From contig OX597826.1 of the NCBI GenBank assembly GCA_951406725.2, forward strand, positions 45,632,001-45,696,000: a DNA stretch of 64,000 bases. Direction: 5' to 3'. This DNA is from Octopus vulgaris (Eukaryota). Both the position numbers and the translations under genes were made by a program. The stretch's first letter is position 1. Every line of letters begins with the position of its first letter. This document shows, piece after piece, positions 1-13,621 of this stretch. The notes below the pieces were generated by a model. That model searched no databases and had not been told where the DNA came from. It saw only the letters and a program-made list of their open reading frames with translations.

Positions 1-32
1 AATATACTTTATTTGCTTACTTAAAAAGTTTT

Positions 33-619
33 AATATTCCTTTATACTCTAGGCACAAGGCCCGAAATTTTGGGAGAATGGGGCCAATCGATTAGATCGA
101 CCCCAGTTCGCAAATGGTACTTAATTTGTCGACTCCGGAAGGATGAAAGGCAAAGTCGAACTCAGCAGAATATGAACTCGACAGACGAAATACCTATTTC
201 TTTACAATACCTATTGTTTTACAAGGGGCTAAACACAGGGAGGACAAACAAGGACAGACAAACGGATTAAGTCGATTGCATCGAACCCAGCGCGTAACTG
301 GTACTTATTTAATCGACCCCGAAAGGATGAAAGGCAAAGTCGACCTCGGCGGAATTTGAACTCAGAACGTAGCGGCAGACGAAATACCTATTTCTTTGCT
401 ACCCACAAGGGGCTAAACACAGAGAGGACAAACAAGGACATACAAACGGATTAAGTCGATTATATCGACTCCAGTGCACAACTGGTAATTAATTTATCGA
501 CCCCGAAAGGATGAAAGGCAAAGTCGACCACGGCGGAATTTGAACTCAGAACGTAACGACAGACGAAGTACGGCTAAGCATTTCGCCCGGCAGGCTAACG
601 TTTCTGCCAGCTCGCCGCC
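33..619 (-). mobile_element. SINE family A (tRNA-derived, Meta/MESC-type central domain, OR1-like): 3-unit array
   Basis: The minus-strand head GGCGAGCTGGCAGAAACGTTAGC (A box) is followed by the B box GAGTTCAAATTCC and the core GACTTTGCCTTTCATCCTTTCGGGGTCGATAAATTAAGTACCAGT. Unit junctions (plus-strand gaaatacctatttc) lie at ~187 and ~381. The family name is from memory. Confidence 0.85.
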
Positions 620-635
620 ATTAAAAAAGGATTGA

Positions 636-1035
636 ATGTTCTTTTCTACACTAGGCACAAGGCCCGAAATTTTGGGGGAGGGGGCCAGTCGATTAGATCA
701 ACCCCGGTATGCAACTGGTACTTAATTTATTGACTCCGAAAGGATGAAAGGCAAAGTGGACCTCGACTGAATATGAACTCAGAACATAAAGACAGACGAA
801 ATACCTATTTCTTTACTACCCTCAAGCGGCTAAACACAAAGAGGACAAACAAGGACAGACAAACGGATTGAGTCGATTATATCGATCCCAGTTCGTAACT
901 GGTACTTATTTAATCGACCTCGAAAGGATGAAAGGCAAAGTCGACCACGGTGGAATTTGAACTCAGAACGTAACGGCAGACGAAATACCGCTAAGCATTT
1001 CGCCTAGCGTGATAACGTTTCTACCATCCTCGTCG
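636..1035 (-). mobile_element. SINE family A: 2-unit array
   Basis: Same core sequence. Junction gaaatacctatttc at ~798. The 3'-most unit has the alternative (alpha) tail CCCCCAAAATTTCGGGCCTTGTGCCTAG. Confidence 0.85.
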
Positions 1036-1041
1036 CTCATT

Positions 1042-1470
1042 CTTGCTACACCACACGTCGTCCTTCTTGTAATAGCTTGCTTTCTCAGCGACTTCCGAAA
1101 GTTTTCAGAACATATTTTGACTCCTTCGCAGTTAGTCTAAGATCTCTGCGCATCGAGCAAACGCTGATTCCAACAAATTCTCTAAAAAACAGTCTTGTTG
1201 TATTACAGCTATTGCTTCCATAGTGTTCACCAACTCACAGTATTTTCTCTCTTTCTTGAGGAAAGTGTCTTCGAAGTTCCCTTGCCAGATAACTGTTAGC
1301 TTTCCTATGTTATCCACCTTCCTTTCTTGGTACAATATGAGAAGGTTGGGTCTTTTGGTGGTAAAATGTGAGAAGTGATATTTACTGTCAAGCAATCAAA
1401 ATCCCCAGAGAACTGTCTTTATTGGAAACACTTATTACTATTATCTCATTATTTAAGCATCTTGACAAAT
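1042..1470 (-). pseudogene. Degenerate RLE-type non-LTR retrotransposon C-terminus (Hero-like)
   Basis: ORF 1132-1395 reads TTKRPNLLI..QERK...IGKLTVIWQGNFEDTFLKKERKYCELV, matching the Hero RLE pattern RPD(I/L)V...ELTVPWE...ERK..KY.EL. Downstream, in another frame, SEVAEKASY matches the Hero terminus SEAAEKAS.W. Confidence 0.65.
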
Positions 1471-1559
1471 CCCACACACACACACACTCACGCACACGCA
1501 CACATGGACACACACATAAGTAAGTATATATATATATGGATAGATAGATAAATAGATAT

Positions 1560-1626
<67 letters not shown>

Positions 1627-3214
1627 CGTATATATGGATATGCGTGTGAGTATACGTGTATATGTGTCTCACGATTGTGTATGTGTGTGTGTGTGTACAG
1701 CGGTAGACGCTTATCGTGGTTACTTTGGGATCAAAGCGTTTTCGATAATTATAACTGACTTTAGAGCACACTAATTTTGGAAACAATAACTAATCGATAA
1801 CATTATCCGTGATTAGAAAAAGCGATTTCTACTGTATGTGGGTTTATTTTTTTATTTTTTTCAGTCTTTGGATTGCGCGTCTCGCCGAGGCACCGCTTTG
1901 AATTATTTTAATCAACCAAGTTCCACCCCCAGTTCTTATCTTAATGACTGTGCATACTCATCGTTCCCTTTTTGCCGAACTACTAGGTTACGAGAAAGAA
2001 CATAAGCGAATCAACACTAGTTGATGTTATGGTATATCAAATGCAAAACTACATATAGTTTTGATTTATTAAAACTACATCCGTCTTTATAACATATGTC
2101 ACAGTTACCAATTAGCAAGTGAGAACAGCTTCCTGAGATGGGGGAATAATCTCAAGGACTAAGAATTTCTCCGAAATTGACATGTCACGAAGGAAAAGGA
2201 CAGGCATATTGCCTGGAGATAGGAGGAAAATAGTAGACACGTATTTCTGCCTCAAAAGGGTGTCATCAGCACAGCAGCTGTTTTAACCTATCTCCTGCAG
2301 CCTGGAGACATAGACATATATAAAATAAAAGAACACATATATAGCCTGTATAATTTGTATGAATTAAAGAAAAATGGACTAAGAGAAACAATTCACAATA
2401 GCCAGTGGCATGTATGTGAGCATCAGAGCCAAGTTCAATTATATCAAATACCATGCAACATAGATGCTTGGTTAATTAATACTATCTCTTTTTCTAGAGA
2501 AGATAGTTTTAATCAACTGAGAATAGCTTCAGTTCACTGGTCATTAAAGAAAAGGGGAAGCTTGTTTGCTTGAGATAGTGTTTTTTTTTTTTTTGCTTGT
2601 CTCTGTGTATCTTTTCTCTGGTAGAAAACATCTGTCCGAGGTACCATACATTGTAACCGAACGCGAAACTTTATGTTTGCGAAGGGAATTCTTAACACCA
2701 CAGCCACGCCTACACCCTGAACTATAATTGTTGTCAGGTTTGGGGAAGGAAATAACACCATCTGGCGGAAGGTGTTACCGGAGTGAGATAAACTTTAAAG
2801 GCACAGATGCGCAGTCAGCCTTTATGGTCAGGCTATCTGTAGTTTTGTTGGGGTTTCTACGAGTAACACCCGAAATTTTTCCTTTTGAGGGAAAATGATC
2901 ATATTTAAAATACTTTTGTTACTGTTATTTTCTTTGTACGAGCTCTTTTATGTAATCCCACATCGTATCACCCTGTACCGTCCCAAATTGTTTTGTGAAC
3001 CCTAAGTATTTAAAAGAGAAAATAGTATTGATATCACTATTATTTTTATTACATAGCAGCATTTCATATGCCTTTACTTTCTGAGTTCAAATTCCATCGA
3101 GATCCACTTCGCCTTTTATCCTTTCGGAGTCAATAAAATAAGCAACAATTGAACATTGGGGAGCGATGTAATCGACTAACCCTCTCCCGAACTTGAACCG
3201 ATTATTATAATCAT

Positions 3215-3755
3215 TATTCTTTGATGAAAACTCTAAGCTTATTTTGCTGGGTATGATAGAAAGTGACAGCTGTCCATAGCCAGCAGACTAAGGTGGCACT
3301 TGTATACTGGTCATGCTTCAAGAATCCTGCAAGAATTCTTGCTGTTCCAAGCAATACTGATTTTTGTAAGTGTTCTACTTTCACACTTGCTCCAATCTTT
3401 TCTTATATCCCAATCTTTTTTTAGTCATGCTGGTAGTTGGGAGTTGATACTTCTAAGGGCGCCAATTACTATTGGTATCACGTCTACTCTCCTCTTTGAC
3501 CGCAACCTTTGTATATTCCACTTCAAATCGTCACAGTTGTTCAGTTGTTCTTCTTTCTCTCTGATCCTATTGCACCGAGACATGCTATGTCGATTATTAT
3601 GCATGTTTTTCTTTTTCATTCACCACGACAATGTCCAGTTTCCGATGTCTGGTCAGGTGATCGCACATAATCATTGCATCCTTCAGAATTTTGCAATCTT
3701 CATTCTCAGTGAATCCTACTGTGGTTTGCTTACACCACGTATTTGCTCTTTGTAG
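3215..3755 (-). pseudogene. 5'-truncated R4/Dong-like LINE: RLE domain plus 3' UTR ending in TAA-rich repeats
   Basis: Translation across frameshifts gives ENEDCKIL.D..HRKLDIVVV..IIDIAC..RIREKEEQ..DDLKWNIQRL..RVDVIPIVIGALRSI..EHLQKSVLLGTARIL, the typical R4/Dong RLE motif series. A TAA-like tail lies at ~3200-3217. Confidence 0.8.
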
Positions 3756-3918
3756 GCTGTGAATTCCCTGTCCCCGAAGTTAACTTTACCTTTCATTCTT
3801 TCGGGGTCGATAAATTAAGTACCAGTTGAGTACTGGTTCGATCTGATCGACTGGCCACCTCCCACCAAATGTCAGGCCTTGTGCCTATAGTAGAAATGAT
3901 TATTATTATTATTATTAT

Positions 3919-3984
<66 letters not shown>

Positions 3985-4581
3985 CAGCAGCAGCAGCAGC
4001 AGGTCTGTTGTTTGTAATGAAGTGTAATTGAAACCGTAAATGAGGGTGAGATAAACAAAGCCACTATGACACGTGATGAGTATTAACAAAACCCGTGTAA
4101 CATCTAAGGAAAAACAAAAAGAAGGTTGGTGATATTATCTTAAGATATCAGCGTATTTGACAAATTCTTGTTCTGCGTGTGTACATACGAAAGAATATGA
4201 AGTTGAGGACGTATATATATACTTATGTTATACCCGTGTGAGTAATAATACACATAATTTATAATACGTATATACGTATAACACTGTGTGGACATGTGCG
4301 TGCGTGCGTGCAACTGTATGTAAGCGAAACATTCAACTTGCACACATTTACCAAAGAGAAAACAATGGAAATTCATAGTGAGCAATGTAGCTTTAATCCT
4401 TTAGTAAGAGATGGAAATAAAGAAACAAATCCTTTATTAAGCCTGACATTTAGTTCTTGCGTTCGCTACAAACGTATGTGCGCAATAACGTACGTACGTG
4501 CGTGTATATTGTGAGGCGCACGTATGCGTATCGGCAAGTGCGCGTGTTTGCGCGTGTCTAGCTCCGAGTTTGTGTGTGTGG

Positions 4582-4624
<43 letters not shown>

Positions 4625-4894
4625 TACTTAGTTCGGAAGCTGGAGAGAGAAACAAGAAGAAGAAGAAGTAGAAAAAAAAATATCTGGCTTATCGAAAGAT
4701 TCACTGACTCATGAAGCGAAAAGGCCGAGCAAGTTATCTCGGTTTGTCAATAGAGGGTCAAACCATCACCAAATGACATAGAACACGATTAGAAACGTAC
4801 GTGCAACTTATCTACATACACGAATACATATAGGCATGCATGTGTGTGTGTCTGCATGCGCCCGCATATATATGTACGTGTGTGTATGCGCATG

Positions 4895-4911
4895 TATACA
4901 CACAACCACGC

Positions 4912-4970
<59 letters not shown>

Positions 4971-5037
4971 CATATAAATATATACAGATATATATAAACA
5001 TATAAATATATACACATAAATATATAAACATATATAT

Positions 5038-5100
<63 letters not shown>

Positions 5101-5125
5101 TATATATTTATAAGCATATAAATGC

Positions 5126-5164
<39 letters not shown>

Positions 5165-5287
5165 TACATACATACATACATACTTAATACATACATACAT
5201 ATATGTGTATGTGTTTAAATTCAATTTGGCTGTATACATATATATGTATGCATATTATATATATAAATATATAAATACACTTATACA

Positions 5288-5331
<44 letters not shown>

Positions 5332-6031
5332 TATATGCATGTGTAGAGAGAACTATGAGTATTTAGATGTATCTATACATGTTTGTAGGTATGTAGCTGC
5401 ATACACAAATATGTATAAGGGTTTAGTTATGTGTACGCATGCGTATATAGCGCAAGCACATACACACACGTACATGTACGATCGTCGTTTCCCTTTTTCC
5501 TCTTTCGCCTCCATGTTTCCCTCTCTTCCTTCTTCCATCATTTCGCATGTAACTGTGAATCACACGTCTACACACATGCATACGTATATACACACACACA
5601 TATATATACACGTACACCTACAAACATAAATATATACACACATATATATATATATATACACACACGCATACATAAATACTTACATGTACACATTGATATG
5701 TGTATGCACACATAGTTACTGACATGCATATTCACACATACTTTCTACATGCATACATACACATGTAGTGACGAAGAAAGAACTGGGAGGATTTTGAAGT
5801 AATAGTTACATAAAAAACAACCTGTACAGTGCTTATAAAATACAAGAAAAACAGTTAGTTAATGGTAGAAATATATTGGATCAGCTTGCATGAAGAATAT
5901 ATTACTAAAGCCACGAAAGTACAGACGTCAAGATGTCAGAACAGTATGTAGAAAGCGGTGAGGCACACACACACACACACATACAAACGTTTATCTGACT
6001 TCTCATACACTGACACAGATAAATGTATAGG

Positions 6032-6115
<84 letters not shown>

Positions 6116-6145
6116 CATACATACATACATACATACATACATACA

Positions 6146-6181
<36 letters not shown>

Positions 6182-6234
6182 TATATATCGCGTGTGCATG
6201 TGTATATGTGTGTGTGTATATATATATGTAATTG

Positions 6235-6265
<31 letters not shown>

Positions 6266-6331
6266 ATAAATAAAGAGAGAGAGACAGACAGACAGACAGA
6301 TAGACAGACACATACATAAGTACACGTAGGC

Positions 6332-6406
<75 letters not shown>

Positions 6407-6560
6407 TATATGCGTATGTTTGCGTTTGTGTGCGTATATACATATACATATATATATGAGCGGTTGTCCCTGTGCGCGTATACGTGTGTATACGTGCGTG
6501 TATTTGCGCGTGTGTATGTGTATGTGTGTACGTGCGTCCGTATAGTTGCATAACTATGTA
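4895..6560. repeat. Compound (TA)n/(TACA)n/(CA)n microsatellite fields
   Basis: Directly visible; source of the YIYI, HTHT and VCVC ORFs. Confidence 0.95.
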
Positions 6561-6851
6561 AGTTTGCACATACATTCAGTTCGATAACCATTTCTATGTC
6601 TAATACAACTATATATGCGTACATATACACGCACTCACGCACACACATTACACATACATTTACACATACGCGAACAATCTCCCTTAAACAGAAAGGACAA
6701 ACCAATCATTTACGTGATGGTATTCTGAAAATGTCTACACTAGTTATCTCCCTTTGAGGGACGTTTTTGACTTCACGAAATGACAATACAATTTCTTCGG
6801 AAATGATGACATTGTTTTCTGAACAATGAGTACGTAAGTTGTTTTTGTGTA

Positions 6852-6914
<63 letters not shown>

Positions 6915-7071
6915 TGGGCTGAATATTCTGTAGTGTTTATTTTCTCTTGTCTCCAGAGTGAGTTCAAATCCCGCTGAGGCCATTGACGATAACATAAAAT
7001 CCAGTTATATACCGACGTTGATTCAAATCTCCTAGGCTCGTCATCGATAAAAATGTTAGGCTTACTCTAAA

Positions 7072-7081
7072 GAAGACAAAA

Positions 7082-7136
<55 letters not shown>

Positions 7137-7430
7137 GAAGGAAGGAAGGAAGGAAGGGAGAAAGGAAGGGAGAAAGGAAGGAAGGAAGGAAGGAAGGAAG
7201 GAAGGAAGGAAGGAAGAAAGGAAGGAAGGAAGGAAGAAAGAAATAAAGAAAGAAAGAATAAGGAAAGAAGGAGGAAAGAAAGAAAGGAAGGAAGGAAGGA
7301 AGGAAGGAAGGAAGGAAGGAAGGAAGGAAGGAAGGAAGGAAGGAAGAAAGAAAGGATATAAAGAAAGAAAGGGAGGAAGGAAGGAAGGAAGGAAGAAAGA
7401 AAGGAAGAAAGAAAGAAAGAAAGAAAGGAA

Positions 7431-7467
<37 letters not shown>

Positions 7468-7544
7468 GTAGAAAGAAAGGAAGGAAGGAAGGAAGGAAGG
7501 AAGGAAGGAAGGAAGGAAGACAGGAAGGAAGGAAGGAAGGAAAT

Positions 7545-7575
<31 letters not shown>

Positions 7576-7579
7576 GAAA

Positions 7580-7613
<34 letters not shown>

Positions 7614-8024
7614 ACGAAGGAAAGAACGAAAGAACGAAAGAAAGAAAGGAAGGAAGGAAGGAAGGAAGGAAGGAAGGAAGGAAGGAAGGAAGGAAGGAAG
7701 GAAGGGAGAAAGGAAGGAAGGAAGGAAGGAAGAAAGGAAGGAAGGGAGAAAGAAATAAAGAAAGAAAGAATAAGGAAAGAACGAAGAAAGAAAGAAAGAA
7801 AGGAAGGAAGGAAGGAAGGAAGGAAGAAAGGAAGGAAGGAAGGAAGGAAGGAAGAAAGAAAGGACATAAAGAAAGAAAGGGAGGAAGGAAGGGAGGCAGA
7901 AAGAAAGGAAGAAAGAAAGAAAGAAAGAAAGGAAGGAAGAAAGAAAGAAAGAAAGAAAGGTAGAGAGAAAGGAAGGAAGGAAGGAAGGAAGGAAGGCAGG
8001 AAGGAAGGAAGGAAGGAAGGAAAT

Positions 8025-8056
<32 letters not shown>

Positions 8057-8625
8057 AATGAATGAAGGAAGAAAGAAATAAAGAAAGAAAGAAGGAAGGA
8101 AAGAACGAAAGAACGAAAGGAAGAAAGGAAGGAAGGAAGGAAGGAAGGAAGGAAGGAAGGAAGAAGGAAAGAAAGAAAGAAAGAAAGAAAGAAGGAAAGA
8201 AAGAAAGAAAGAAAGGAAGGAAGGAAGGAAGGAAGGAAAGAAGGAAGGAAGAAAGAAAGAAAGAAAGAAAAAAAGAAAGAAAGAAAGAAAGAAAATTTAA
8301 AGGAAAGGAGTAGAAAGAAAATTTAAAGGAAAGGAATAGAAAGAGAAAGAGAAGGAATGATAGGAAGAAAAGAAAGAAGGAAGAAGAAAAGAAAGGAAGA
8401 AAGAAGAAAAGGAAGGACGGAAGGAAGGAAGATATAAAAAAGGAAAGAATGTGTGAAAGAAAGAAAGTGTGAAAGAACGAAAACAAAAGAAAGAAAAGTA
8501 GAAGAGAAAATGACAAAAAAAAAAGAAAGAAAATTGAAGAAAAGAAAGAAAGAAAGAAAGAAAGATAGAAAGAAAGAAAGAAAGAAAGAAAGAAGGAAGG
8601 AACGAAGGAAGGAAAGCGAGAAAGG
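7072..8625. repeat. ~1.55 kb polypurine (GAAA)n/(GGAA)n tract with an internal ~500-bp duplication
   Basis: Almost purine-only on the plus strand. Rare interruptions recur in the same order at ~7240-7640 and ~7750-8120. Confidence 0.95.
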
Positions 8626-8837
8626 AAAACACTGGAACAAGTTAAAGCAAGAAACAGAACCACGGTTTGAAGAATTTATAGAATTTAACAAACACAATTT
8701 TTAAGACACTACTGTACATACGTTCAACAACATAATGATTCTATACGCATATGCGGCTGGAAAAGACACAACCTGCAGCGCAATGTAAAGCATACAAGGA
8801 AAATACACGCCAGAACAGAGCTAACCACATAAATACC

Positions 8838-8985
8838 GATTTCTTTACTGCCCACAAGGGGCTAAACACAGAGAGGACAAACAAGGACAGACAAAGGGAT
8901 TAAGTCGATTATATCAACCCCAGTGCATCACTGGTACTTAATTTATCGACCCCGAAAGGATGAAAGGCAAAGTCGACCTCGGCGG
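8838..8985 (-). mobile_element. 5'-truncated SINE family A copy (Tx1-type tail)
   Basis: Core plus tail ...GGGCAGTAAAGAAAT, followed on the minus strand by non-SINE CGGTATTTATG. Confidence 0.8.
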
Positions 8986-9250
8986 ATAAATCCCAGGGAC
9001 ATTTACGAACGCCTTACCCCAAAACCACACACAACGGAAATAAGCTCATTTGCAGGCATTGCTACGCGGTTAAAAAGCTCGCTCTGCAACCACTTGATTT
9101 CGAGTTCAATCCCACTCCGCGGCACCTTGGGTATATAACTTCTACTATTGCCCCCAGGCCGACCAATGCCTTATCAGTGAATTTGGGAGAAGGAATATAT
9201 TACCGTATGTGATAAATTGGATTATCGCTGCTATGCGTGCTCCCTATGAC

Positions 9251-9297
<47 letters not shown>

Positions 9298-9697
9298 TGA
9301 GTGTGCATGTATGTATGTGTCTATGTGTGTGTGTGTATTGACAACCGGTGTTGGTGTGTTTACGTTCCCGTAACTTAGCAACGCGGCAGAAGACTCCGCT
9401 AGAATAAGTACCAGGTTTAATAAAAAAAAAATTAAGTACTAGGGTCAATTCATACGGTTAGAGCAAATTGTTCAAGGCAATGCCCCAGCATGGCCACAGT
9501 TAATGACTGAAACAAGTAAAAGATAAAAGATAATAGGCAGAAAGTTTACTGAGTGGATCGAGCGCTGAAAGTTTCGGGTAAGTCACTTCTCCAACGTAAA
9601 CTGCAAGATTTAATAGTAACACCCGATATAGAATAATTAGTAGCCAGCACTGGTCACATCACAACCCCTTGTCATTACGTCACAATAATCACTGATT

Positions 9698-11175
9698 CTC
9701 ATTTTGGCAAAAGGCCAGCAATTTTGAGGAGAAGAAGCATATCGATTAAAAGACCCGAAATTTGAGGGGATGGGGTCAGTCGATTACATCGACTCCAGTG
9801 CTCAACTGGTACTTAATTTATAGACCCCGAAAAGATGAAAGGCAAAGTCGACCTCGGCGGAATTTGAACTCAGAACGTAACGGTAGACAAAATACTGCTA
9901 AGCATTTCGCCCGGCGTGCTAACGATTCTGCCAGATTGCTACCTTAACAAGTCGATTACCTCTTTTATTTTATTTTCTGCTCTAGGCGCAATGCCTAAAA
10001 TTTGGGGGTGGGGTGCCAGGCGATTAGATTGATCTTAGTACGCAACTGGTACTTAATTTATCGACCACGAAAAAGATGAAAGGCAAAGTCGACCTCGGCG
10101 GAATTTGAACTCATAACCGTAAAAACAGGAAATGCTGGTAAGCATTTTGCACGGGGTGCTGACGATTCTGCCAGCTTGCTGTCTTTAACAAGTCGATAAT
10201 ATCAACGCCAGTACAGGTGTGGTACTCATTTTATCGACCACGAAATGATGATAAACAAAGTCGACCGCAGTGTTTTTTTAAATTTTTAATTCAGAACGAA
10301 AAGAGCCGGAAGAAATGTCGCTAAGCAATTTATTAAACCTGCTAATGATACTGCCGCCTCGCCGCTTTAGGTCACAATAATCCATTCTACAGTAGATACA
10401 AGATCAGAATTCTTTTGTGGGATTGAGGCGTAGGTATATCGATTACATCGACGCCAGTGCGAAACTGATTCTTATTCCATCGACTCCGAAAGGATGAAAA
10501 GCAAAGTCGACCACGGCGGGATTTGAACTCAGAACGTAAAGACAAACGAAATACCAATTTCTTTACTAGCCACAAGGGGCAAAACCAAGAGAGGACAAAC
10601 AAGGACAGACAAACGGATTAAGTCGATTATATCGACCCCAGTGCGTAACTGGTACTTATTTAATCAACCCTGAAAGGATGAAAGGCCAAGTCGACCACGG
10701 CGGGATTTGAACTCAGAACGTTAAGACAAACGAAATACCTATTTCTTTACTAGCCACAAGGAGCTAAACCCAGAGAGGACAAACAAGGACAGACAAACGG
10801 ATTAAGTCGATTATGTCGACTCCAGTGCGTAACTGGTACTTAATTTATCGACCCCGAAAGGATGAAAGGCAAAGTCGACCTCGGCGGAATTTGAACTTAG
10901 AACGTAGCGGCAGACGAAATACCGCAGAGCATTTCGCCCGGCGTGCTAACGTTCCTGCCAGCTCGCCACTTTTAGTTTCAGTTTCGGCACAAGGCCAGCA
11001 TTTTTGAGGACAGGGTGGGTAAGTCGATTATATTAACCCCGGTACCTGAGTGGTACTTATTTCATCGAGCCCGAAAAGATAAAGGGCAAAGTCGATGTCG
11101 TTGGAATTCGAGAGCTGGAAGAAACGCCGCTAAGCAATTTATTTAGCACGCTAATGGTTCTATCATTTCACCGCT
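9698..11175 (-). mobile_element. Cluster of ~7 SINE family A copies, including a 3-unit array at 10430-10968
   Basis: Repeated core gaaaggatgaaaggcaaagtcgacctcggcggaatttgaactc. Array junctions at ~10548 and ~10732. Confidence 0.85.
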
Positions 11176-11379
11176 TTATGTTACAGTAAAACCTCAAATA
11201 ACATACACTGCAATAGCAAGAACACATCATTATCCGACACTTTTGAAAAATCAACCCCCAAAAGGAAAACTCCAAGAAAACAAGAAAACATTTTGTAAAA
11301 ATCCAATCCTTTCACCTAGACTCCTACTTCAATCCTTTATTTTCATCTGACACACACAACGCAACAGAGAAATCACAAA

Positions 11380-11540
11380 AAATACTCCAAAATACCAGGG
11401 CCAGAACAATCAACAAAGGAACAGCGGCTTTCGTTCTATGACCGAATTCACCTCTCTCGACTCTGTTGTGGTCTACACCATAATCTACAGACGTACAAAT
11501 AAAGACTGGACGTCAGGGCGAGTGCAATATGTCCGTAGAG
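11380..11540 (+). pseudogene. Possible I/Ingi-group LINE C-terminal remnant
   Basis: From 11416 it reads KEQRLSFYDRIHLSRLCCGLHHNLQTYK*RLDVRASAICP*, resembling the E..L.R..R..L.RLR.G...L..Y..R.....CP.C motif. Contains stop codons. Confidence 0.45.
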
Positions 11541-11750
11541 TGTCACATTGTACCTTGTGTGGGTTTTCATTATATGCTGGAGTGTACAGTATGACCATTA
11601 GCTAAGCACGGACATGGTGTAAATAGAAAACAGTATTTGTAGATAGCGTCACGTTGTTTTTGGCCGACAACTTGCATACAAGATAAACTATTCGATAAGG
11701 AAGGGTTCTGAAATTACATAGCAACAACAATAAGAGCAACAACAACAACG

Positions 11751-12250
11751 GGAGGCGCAATGGCCCACTGGTTAGGGCGGCGGACTCGCGGTCGTAAGAA
11801 CACAGTTTCGATTCCCAGACCGGGCATTGTGAGCGTTTATTGAGCAAAAACACCTAAGCTCCACGAAGCTCCGGCGGGGTGAGGTAGTGAACTCCGCTGT
11901 ACTCTTTCACCACAACTTTCTCTCACTCTTTCTTCCTACTTCTGTCACAAAGCAGAGGAACCATGGTGTAGCCCACTATGGTGTGGTAAACTTTCAGACC
12001 CTAGTCTAGACTGCGAATCCTCTGTACCCAGGATGGTTCAGTTCTCCACCCGTTAAAAGCTACCGTTTACGAATGACGATAACAACGTAGCTTTCGCGCC
12101 CTTGCAACCGCCAGTCTATCGCGTGTGGTGGGTGGATCTTCAAGTTGCCACACGCATTCTTAGTAGCTTAGAATAGGCTCGAATTGGAGATTATTCTTTG
12201 TGGCTAATGGCGTGAGTCCTGATTGGATAGAAGAAGAAGAAGAAGAAGAA
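11751..12250 (+). mobile_element. SINE family C (tRNA head GGAGGCGCAATGGCCC), tail type 1 ending in (GAA)n
   Basis: A box TGGCCCACTGG and B box GTTTCGATTCC. Homologous copy at 43105-43631. Confidence 0.85.
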
Positions 12251-12554
12251 GATGGCGACATATAAAGAAGATTATAACAACAACGTAAACGATTAGCGAC
12301 GATAAAACGACGATGACAAAAACAATAACAAGAACAATGCCAACGGCAGCGACGACGATCACGATGACGACAACGACGACAGCAGCAACAACACGACGAG
12401 ACTACGATGACAAGAGTCACAACAACAACTACGGCAACAACATCGGTGGCAACAACAACAACAAATGTTTGGTTTGGTTTGATTTGGTGCCAAAGTAAGA
12501 AATCAAAACAAAAATCTAAAAGCCTGTTGCTAAGTAACTCATTTAATGGTAAGG

Positions 12555-12847
12555 GTGGTGATGGTGGTGCTGTGGTGGTGGTGGTGGTGGTGGTGGTGGT
12601 GGTGGTGGTGGTGGTGGTGGTGGTTGATAGGTTTGTTGTTGTTGATGGTGATGGTGATGGTGTTGTTGTTGATGTTGGTGGTGATAGTGGTGGTGGTGGT
12701 GATTGACGTGGGGTAGTAGTAGTAGTAGTAGTAGCAGCAGCAGCAACATTAGTAGAAGTAGTAGTAGTAGTAGTAGTAGTACAGGTGGTGGTGGTGGTGG
12801 TGGTGGTGGTGGTGGCGGCAGTGGTTGACGTGGGATAGTTGACGTGG

Positions 12848-12883
<36 letters not shown>

Positions 12884-12902
12884 GGTGGTGGTGGTGGTGG
12901 TT
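12555..12902. repeat. (GTG)n/(GTA)n trinucleotide field
   Basis: Directly visible. Confidence 0.95.
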
Positions 12903-13177
12903 GATATAGCACAAGGTATCTGTGTTTATGTTAAACCAGTATGTTATTTGTTTCCAGTAGGTTCCAGCAAATATTTCTTACGGAATGCTTTACAAATCTT
13001 CAAGTGTTTCCTAAAGTCAGTTATTTCTTTCTGAATCTTCTTTCTTTTTCTTTCTTTCTTTTTCTTTCTTTCTTTCTCTCTCTCTTTCTCTCTTTTTTAT
13101 TTTGTTTCCAAAGATCCTCATTAACTCAAGCTTACTATGTAAACACGGTGTTGCATTGCGCAATGCATGGCTGAGTA

Positions 13178-13621
13178 TAGACATGAATAATAAACCTAGA
13201 CATTCCGCGAAACTAGCCGTGGTCACAGTAAAAATTTTCTTCAGCTCACTCACATACACTGCCGTCTTTAAAACAATCAATGATAAATTTGATAACGTAT
13301 TCCTAGACACACTGTTCTTCTATCATTATCTTCTTTTGAGCAGGCAGAATGGTTAGCAAGACGGGCAGCATTTCGTCCGTCTTTACGTTCTGAGTTCAAA
13401 TTAGACATGAATAATAAACCTAGACATTCCGCGAAACTAGCCGTGGTCACAGTAAAAATTTTCTTCAGCTCACATACACTGCCGTCTTTAAAACAATCAA
13501 TGATAAATTTGATAACGTATTCCTAGACACACTGTTCTTCTATCATTATCTTCTTTTGAGCAGGCAGAATAGTTAGTAAGCCGGGCAGCATTTCGTCCGT
13601 CTTTACGTTCTGAGTTCAAAT
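13178..13621 (+). repeat. Tandem duplication of ~222 bp (13178-13401 and 13402-13621)
   Basis: Near-identical copies starting tagacatgaataataaacc, differing by one 4-bp indel and 3 substitutions. Each ends in a SINE A head. Confidence 0.9.

Noticed and set aside
7062-8663. 533-aa F/L/S/P-rich ORF
   Set aside because: Antisense translation of the GAAA/GGAA tract, which cannot contain stop codons.
11751-11825. tRNA gene (also at 31300-31359, 39081-39140, 43105-43180)
   Set aside because: A and B boxes are present, but there is no closed acceptor stem or T-run terminator, and each continues into a SINE body.
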